Assembly (NCBI GenBank): GCA_038087875.1
Contig: JAXLNO010000079.1
Span: forward strand, 62,001 to 126,000
Source: Malacoraja senta
Lineage: Eukaryota
Reading direction: 5' to 3'
DNA length: 64,000 nucleotides
Shown: in pieces, positions 50,501 through 59,500 of the stretch
Layout: every line of letters begins with the position of its first letter
Numbering within the stretch: the first letter of the stretch is position 1
Notes under the pieces: model-generated
What the model was told of the DNA's origin: nothing
Database searches by the model: none
What the model saw: the letters and a program-made list of their open reading frames with translations, nothing else
Made by a program: the position numbers and the translations under genes

Positions 50501-53500
50501 AATCCTCCTCCTCAGTCTCCAGTGTCTCTTCAAGTATCTTCAATAATACCATGTTCTGAGCCAAGTATGTTCGGCCTGATGGACACAAGATGAAATTTAA
50601 AAAGAATTAGTCAATAAAGACACTGAAGATTAATTATTTTATTGTACATGCGAAAAAAAAGTGAACAAAATAAATTTCAACTTCTAAGTAAAACTTTGTA
50701 CAAGCAAAAAATTGGAACGTACCATGCGACAACGACGCAAAACCATTGATCAGTCGTGCTGCATACTGTCGAACAATCTCACTCTTTGAATTTAACAAAT
50801 TTATTAGACTTCTCTGCAAAAAGGAAAACATTGGTCTTCAATAGACAAGCGATGATTTTCAAAGCAAAGAAATTTGAAACCTCATCAATGATGATCATTG
50901 TCAGCTCAGCAACACCACATCGATCAATCAAGCAGCTGTACTAAATCGTGTACTCGTCCCATTTCATTCCACACCACCAACACTCAGTGGACAATTAACT
51001 TGCTAGTCAGCAAATGTTGGGATGTGGGAGGAAACCCATGCAAACTCAGGAGATCAGGGTTGAATCTGTGCTGCTAGAGCTGTGACAGCAATTACTCTAT
51101 CACATTGCAACTTCTTCATATTTTGCACATCAAAGCCAAATGCTTTGATTTCTGCAATAGAGAACAGCTCACATCCGCCACAGAACTCAATCATGGCAAA
51201 CAAGCAGTTGGGGTTACTCATGTATACACAGAACACACTGATTACACCCTCCCATTTTCTGTGTTTCATCTTAACTTATTGGAAACCTTCATGTCGCTGT
51301 TGTGGGGGGGGGGGGGGGGTAGTGGCCATTTGGCTTGTTTTGTGTGTCATTAATGATGGCATGTCTTGGCATTGTAAGAAAGGTGGATGAGCTTAGAGCC
51401 TGGATTGACACCTGGAAGTATGATGTTGTGGCGATCAGTGAAACATGGTTGCAGGAGGGCTGTGATTGGCAAATAAATATTCCAGGATTTCGTTGCTTCA
51501 GGGGTGATAGAATTGGAGGGGCAAGAGGTGGGGGTGTTGCATTGCTTGTCAAGGAAGATATTACAGCAGTGCTTTGGCAGGATAGATTAGAGGGCTCGTC
51601 TAGGGAGGCTATTTGGGTGGAACTGAGAAATGGGAAAGGTGTAGCAACACTTATAGGGGTGTATTATAGACCGCCAAATGGGGAGCGAGAATTGGAAGAG
51701 CAAATATGTAAGGAGATAGCAGATATTAGTAGTAAGCACAAGGTAGTGATTGTGGGAGATTTCAATTTTCCACACATAGACTGGGAAACACATGGTTTGG
51801 AGTTTGTAAAATGTGCGCAAGATAGTTTTTTGCAGCAATACATAGAGGTACCTACTAGAGAAGGGGCAGTGCTGGACCTTCTGTTAGGAAATGAGACAGG
51901 GCAGGTGGCGGAGGTATGCGTCGGGGAGCACTTCGGGTCCAGTGATCACAATACCATTAGTTTCAATATAATTATGGAGAGGGTCAGAACTGGACCTAGG
52001 GTTGAGATTTTTGTTTGGAGAAAGGCTAACTTTGAGGAGATGCGAAAGGATTTAAAAGGAGTGAATTGGGACATGTTGTTTTATGGGAAGGATGTAGAAG
52101 AAAAATGGAGGACATTTAAGGGTGAAATTTTAAGAGTACAGAATCTTTATGTCCCTGTTCGGTTGAAAGGAAATAGTAAAAAATGGAAAGAGCCATGGTT
52201 TTCAAGGGAAATTGGACACTTGGTTCGGAAAAAGAGAGAGATCTACAATAATTATAGGCAGCATGGAGTAAATGAGGTGCTTGAGGAGTATAAAGAATGT
52301 AAAAAGAATATTAAGAAAGAAATTAGAAAAGCTAAAAGAAGATATGAGGTTGCTTTGGCAAGTAAGGTGAAAGTAAATCCAAAGGGTTTCTACAGCTATA
52401 TTAATAGCAAAAGGATAACAAGGAATAAAATCGGTCCATTAGAGAGTCAGAGTGGACAGCTATCTGCAGAGCCAAAAGAGATGGGGGAGATATTGAACAA
52501 TTTCTTTTCTTCGGTATTCATGAAGGAGAAGGATGTGAGGTAAGGGAAACGAGCAGAGTAGCAATGGAAACTGTGAGATTCAAAGAAGAGGAGGTGCGGA
52601 CACTTTTGAAAAATATGAAAACGGATAAGTCTCCAGGTCCTGACAGGATATTCCCTAGGACATTGAGGGAAGTTAGTGTAGAAATAGCAGGGGCTATGAC
52701 AGAAATATTTCAAATGTCATTAGAAACGGGAATAGTGCCGGAGGATTGGCGTACTGCGCATGTTGTTCCGTTGTTTAAAAAGGGTTCGAAGAGTAAACCT
52801 AGCAATTATAGACCTGTTAGTTTGACGTCAGTGGTGGGCAAATTAATGGAAAGGATACTTAAAGATAATATATATAAGCATCTGGATAAGCAGGGTCTGA
52901 TTAGGAACAGTCAACATGGATTTGTGCCTGGAAGGTCATGTTTGACTAATCTTCTTGAATTTTTCGAAGAGGTTACTAGGGAAATTGATGAGGGTAAAGC
53001 TGTGGATGTTGTCTATATGGACTTCAGTAAGGCCTTTGACAAGGTTCCTCATGGAAGGTTGGTTAAGAAGATTCAATTGTTGGGTATTAATGGTGGAGTA
53101 GCAAGATGGATTCAACAGTGGCTGAATGGGAGATGCCAGAGAGTAATGGTGGATGGCTGTTTGTCAGGTTGGAGGCCGGTGACTAGTGGGGTGCCTCAGG
53201 GGTCTGTGTTGGGTCCACTGTTGTTTGTCATGTACATCAATGATCTGGATGATGGTGTGGAAAATTGGATTAGTAAGTATGCAGATGATACTGATAGGTG
53301 GTGTTGTGGATAATGAAGTAGATTTTCAAAGTCTACAGAAAGATTTAGGCCATTTGGAAGAGTGGGCTGAAAGATGGCAGATGGAGTTTAATGCTGACAA
53401 ATGTGAGGTGCTACATCTCGGCAGGACAAATCAAAATAGGACGTACTCGGTAAATGGTGGCGAATTGAGGAATGCAGTTGAACAGAGGGATCTAGGAATA

Positions 53501-56500
53501 ACTGTGCATAGTTCCCTGAAAGTGGAATCTCATGTAGATAGGGTGGTAAAGAAAGCTTTTGGTGTGCTGGCCTTTATAAATCAGAGCATTGAATATAGAA
53601 GTTGGGATGTATTGTTAAAATTGTACAAGGCATTGGTGAGGCCAATTCTGGAGTATGGAGTACAATTTTGGTCGCCTAATTATAGGAAGGATGTCAACAA
53701 AATAGAGAGAGTACAGAGGAGATTTACTAGAATGTTGCCTGGGTTTCAGCAACTAAGTTACAGAGAAAGGTTGAATAAGTTAGGTCTTTATTCTTTGGAG
53801 CGCAGAAGGTTAAGAGAGGACTTGATAGAGGTCTTTAAAATTATGAGCGGGTTAGACAGAGTGGACGTGGATAAGCTTTTCCCATTGAGAGTAGGGAAGA
53901 TTCAAACAAGGGGACATGACTTGAGAATTAAGGGACAGTAGTTTAGGGGGAACATTAGGGGGAACTTCTTTACTCAGAGAGTGGTAGCTGTGTGGAATGA
54001 GCTTCCAGTGGAAGTGGTGGAGGGAGGTTCGATGTTATCCTTTAAAAATAGATTGGATGGGTATATGGACAGGAAAGGAATGGAGGGTTATGGTCTGAGT
54101 GCAGGTAGATGGGACTAGGGGGAAGTATTTATTTTTAATGAAAAAATTTTTTTTTTAAATGTTCGGCACGAACTTGGGGCCGAGATGGCCTGTTTCCGTG
54201 CTGTTATGGTTATATGGTTATATGTTATGGTTATATGGTCTTTAAATTTTAGACTGCCCCTTATATTGTGGGTTGGATTTATGACGTATTTTTGGGCGCG
54301 TTTGGAGCTAAGTGTCTTGCGCAGAAGCTTAGTTTTTAGTTTAGTTTTGGACCAGCATGGGGAAGGTTTACCCATTGACCATGCGAAGTGTAACAGAGAC
54401 ACGAGGAGTTTTCTAACGTTTAATGCAATATGCTGGAGTTCGATGAAGATTATAGTGTACGAGTCGCAAGAAGTTTGGATGTGTACCTTATTGTTTTTCA
54501 TCAACAATAAAGAATTTATTAATCAAAGGACTGTGTTTTGAAGATTTATCTGTGAAGAAGCTCTGAAGGTCCCCGACGGAGAGCTTGCATGCGTACAAAG
54601 ACATTCCCCTTAACCATGTAGTCCATTTAGCGGCTAGAGGGAGTAATCTCTTGAACGATATAAAAATCTGCCGCTACATTAAGTAAAAGGATACCTCCGA
54701 CCGGGGGGGGAGGGGGTAAATATCAGTCCCAGAGAGTGAGACAGAAGATTTGGCTAACATCTCAGAGGAGGTTTTGGCCAGAAGACCGATTCCAGCCGAG
54801 GAACTGAAGACAATAGATCTCGCCCAGGGATGGCCTCAAGGTCTATCGACAGCAAAGAGACTTATCTGACGACCTGAACATATTATCAAGAAATTGTGAG
54901 TAGAAATCGACTATTATTTCTTTGAATTTTGAGGCTGCAAAGCTTTAATTTTAAACGGCTTCTGTAAGAAGTGCCAGAAAGTGTTTTTCCACTGTCTGGA
55001 GATTCCAGCCAGTTCGACCTTTTGAACTCTTGATAACACGCATTTCTTTCGAACTATCGTCATCTTTAAGCCCATGGATGTTTGAGAGATGTTGGCAACA
55101 ATATCAGTTTGTTATAGTTCTGAGAGAATTGTTTTCAAAATAGCCACTCGATGTTTACACAAAGTTGGAGCAGAACTCAGAGAAGACTAGAGATGCTATC
55201 ACCTCGCCTCAAGTAACTGTTCATATTGGGGCCGGGGTTGAAGCTTGTAATTTTTCTATCTTACCAGTACAGGTAAGGAATAGTAAGACGAATACAGTGT
55301 TGCAAACATATGCTTTTCTGGATCACGGAAGTTCGACTGCACAGAAAACCTGACGAGAAGACTGAACATTACAGAAGAGACTCGGATTCGATTATGTACC
55401 ATGACTAAAGATAAAGAGAGCATGAGTCATTACATTACGAGAATGGAGATATCCAGTCTGGATGAAGATAATTTTATACCAATATCTGAAGTGTTTCCAC
55501 ATGGAACCATGCCTGTTGGTCGTCAAAATATACCAAGACTTGAAACAATGGCCTTACCTGAAGGATGTCAAGATATCTGAAATAAAGTCTAGTGTTGATC
55601 TACTTATCGGAACAAATGTTTTGAAGGCATTGGAACCTATACAGATTGTGAGGAGCCAAGGTGATAGACCGTATGCTACAAAACCCGACTTGGATGGGTT
55701 ATCTACGGCTCTTTGAAAAGGAACAATGAAAATGGGAATCAGAAGAACTATCCTACCATTGCTGTTAATCAAATATCTACTGTTAAATTAGAAAAGCCGA
55801 TGATGAAGCCATACAATCATGACTTCAATGAAAGTATCAGCAAGGAATCTGAAGAGATATCGAATGAAGAGTTGAAGTTCATGGATATTATGAACTACTC
55901 AGTAAAGATTGACAGACACTATTGTCTGGACTTACCTTTCAAACAAGCAAGTGTTAATCTGACGAATAATCATCGTAAGGCAGAGCAACGCAACCAGAAT
56001 TTGAAAAGCAAGTTTGGCGAGAATACTAAATGTCATGAAGTAAGAATCTCTTTGAAGAATAATTTCTGCAAGGATGATTGCTTACAATCCATGTCTACTG
56101 AGCAGGAAGTAATTCAACCAGTAAAACATCTGACTTCCCTTTGCAATAAGGGAGGATTCACACTTTCCAAGTCAATCAGCGACAATTGTGAAAGCATTCC
56201 ACTAGATGATAGAGCCAAAGAAACCAGAGAGTTGGATTTGGACAGAGACAATCTGCCAATGGAAAGAGCATTCGGAGTTACTAATGCTGTACAACTGAAA
56301 TATGTTATCACAAAAGAAAATCCTGCGGATTAAGTTTCCAGAGAACTGACAGTGAACCGCTTCTTAAGCGAGGAAAGATTAATCAATGCACTAAAATCTC
56401 TCTGTAAGCCAGACAGAGAATGGCCAAAGCTTGAGCTGGGATTTGAGATCTCTGCTAATGATCTGGAAATTAAATCAAACCTAACGGTGAACTTCATTGC

Positions 56501-59500
56501 TAAAAATCCTGTTATTCTCTCGAAGGATTTTCACATTTCAACATTGTTGTTACAACACATCCATGAGTTGATCGGACATGGAGGAAGACGTTTCATGCTA
56601 TTAAAGATTTGGACTGTCATGTTTTGGACTATATACTGGGTATCATGCCTGATTTTAAGGGTTTGGTATGCACGGTACAACTTTAAACTAAAACCAGTGT
56701 TTTAATAAGATTAATTATCAAGTTATGCTTGCTTCTAGAAGGCGAAAGTGAAAATGGGAGAGTCGATGAAGAATTTTGATTGCGGATATATAGTGCATGC
56801 TATTTTTTCCTCGTTAGTATAGTGGTTAGTATCCCTGCCTGTCACGCGGGAGACCGAGGTTCAATTCCCCGACGGGGAGCCACGGGGTTCAATTCCCTGA
56901 ATTTTTGTTTTTGTTATGTGTTAAGCCTTCATGGCTACTTTTTTGATGTTTATTAATAATTGCCTCATTATATACTCGGAACAATTAGGGTCGGTATGTA
57001 GTGGCCATTTGGTTTGTTTTGTGTGTCATTAATGATGGCATGTGTCTTTAAATTTTAGACTGCCCATTATATTGTGGGTGGGATTTATGACATATTTTAT
57101 GCTATCAAAGGGTGTGACGGGTGTGTTTGGAGCTAAGTTTCTTACGCAGAAGCTTTGTTTCTAGTTTCGTTTTGGACCAGCATGGGGAATGTTTACCCTT
57201 TGACCATGCGAAGTGTAACGGAGACACGAGGAGTCTTAATGCAATAAGCTGGAGTTCGATGAAAATTGTAGTGTACGTCGCAAGAAGTTTGGATGTGTAC
57301 CTTATTGTTTTTCATCAACAATAAAGAATTTATTCATCAAAGGACTGTGTTTTGAAGATTTATCTGTGAAGAAGCTCTGAAGGTCCCCTACGGAGAGCTT
57401 GCACGCGTACAAAGACATTCCCCTTAACCATGTAGTCCATTTAGCGGCTAGAGGGAGTGATCTCTTGAACAATATAAAAATCTGCCGCTGCAGGGGGTGG
57501 GGGGGGCTGCGGGCGGTGGCGCTAATAGCACTACATAAAGCACATGGTAAAAAAAACATCTGTGTTGCCCATTAATTAAATATCTTTTATATTGGGACGA
57601 CTATAATTTCGTCTTTAGAATTTATTTTAAAAGTGCATCAATCAGTATCTATATCAATCGATATTTAAAAGTGAGTTTTGTATTTTTATTCATCTCCTTT
57701 CACCAAAAACATGTGTTCACAATGATCTCGGTTGTTAGAACAGAAGAATTAGTTTTAAATTGATTTGGTGCCATCTGCAACATTAATACATTTCAAATAC
57801 AGCAACACAAGAGATGACAAAGCAATTTAGGTGCACTATATAAACTGGCAATACTGTGTTCTCACAGTCAAAATAATTTTGATTCAAAGATATCTGTTTG
57901 ATGCAAGAAGAGGCTGAGAGATAACCGGACACTTTATTGTGAGAAGCAATTGTGAGAAGCAATGATAAAATAGATAGATTATTTTTTCTATGGTGGAAAT
58001 ATGAAAGAGTAAAGGGAATGGTTTTAAGGTCAGAGAGGGAATGTTTAAAGGAGATATGCAAGACATTTCTTTTACACTGAGAGTGGTGGGTGCCTGGAAG
58101 GCATTGCCTAGTGAGGTGGTGGTTACAGACACAGTAGCAACATTGTAGAAGCACGTTTACAGCTGCGTGAACAGGCGGAGAGGAGAGGGACACAATATTC
58201 AGACCGATGGAATTAGACTGACATCATGGTCAGCGCAGACTTGATGAGGCAAAGGGCCTGTTCCTGTGTTTGTGCTGCCAGGTTCTGTGTTAACATCAGC
58301 TAACCTGCTTCTTTCTGTGACATTCCAACAGATCATTGGTAACGTAAGCCTGAAGAACTGTATCTCTTTGTTCTCCGGGTTGAGACTGTGTCAGCCGCTA
58401 CAAGAGTAAAATAAAATATTACAGTGATTACTAATACGGTCAAACCAATTAATATATCTTTATATTCATTAATTAGAATGCCAGTTAATTCACTTCCAAA
58501 TTGTTAAGAAATATACACTTAAAGTTGCAGAAGATACATGAAGTAAAAGCTTTTGGAATATCAGTGGATTGATGAATTTAGATCTCAGTTGGTTCAAAAG
58601 CCAGATCTATCACAGGCTTTACAAATATAAGTGGCCAGTTATTCATAGAAATTGGGTCTTCTCTGCAACTTCTTCCATATATTAGCTTCTGTTTTCATCC
58701 AACTTTGGTGTTCTCGTATGTTCTTCGTCCCACCATATCTCGTATGATCTGTCACTCCAGATATTATTCCAAACACCCCACTCCCTTCCATTAGAAAATG
58801 AACAATAAAAGCAGCCGTCGAGCGTTCATGACTTAAGCCCATTCTGCCATTACTAAGAATGTACTTCAGGCTCACTTCCTTTACCTCCTCATTTCCTGAA
58901 TGTCAAAAGATTGATTCATTTCTTAAACATGATCAAAGATCACACCTTCACAGCTTAGAAGTGTGATAAATTATTAAAAATGACTACTCAGTTTTTTAAA
59001 CTATATCCTGAGTAGCTCACCCCTTATTTTCAGTGTGTGGCCCTAAACTACATTGAAGTTAATACTAAACCTGAAAAAAGTGAATTAGAAGTACAGTAGT
59101 AGAAAAAACACCCAACAATCAGGAACCTCTGCTTGTCCAGCACACCAAAATCCCGCATGCCTATTTATCAAAGTTTTAATGTAAAAGGAAAGAGTGTAGA
59201 AGCTATAAGTAGAATTCACCAGGGGTCAACAATAGGGCCACTGTTTTCTTGGTAAATATTAATAATTTGGACTGACCTATGCTAGGCATAATCTTCATAT
59301 TTTCAGATGACACAAAACATGAATGGTTAGTGAAATTTGACTGGCAGAGCAATACATTTCAAAGGGATAGTGTGCAAAATTAGAGCACATGGTATTGGGA
59401 GCAGCTTATTGCCATGGATAGACAACTGGTTGGCAGACAGGAAGCAGAGTAGGAATTATCGGGACCTTTTCAGAATGGCAGGCAGTCACTAATGGGATTC

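Larger units (their letters stand above)
51318..57492 (+). mobile_element. BEL/Pao LTR retrotransposon, internally deleted; 5' LTR (51318-51367 + 54238-54678) split by CR1; 3' LTR 56997-57492
   Basis: Direct repeats (t)gtagtggccatttgg ... aaatctgccgct(a/g)ca; G-run flanks consistent with a GGGGG TSD; protease [25 protein letters not shown] (YVDD-like), [21 protein letters not shown]. Confidence 0.88.

Noticed and set aside
54679..54710. Primer-binding site complementary to the embedded tRNA-Asp
   Set aside because: Expected TGGCTCCCCGTCGGGG; observed ttaagtaaaaggatacctccgaccggggg has only loose resemblance.
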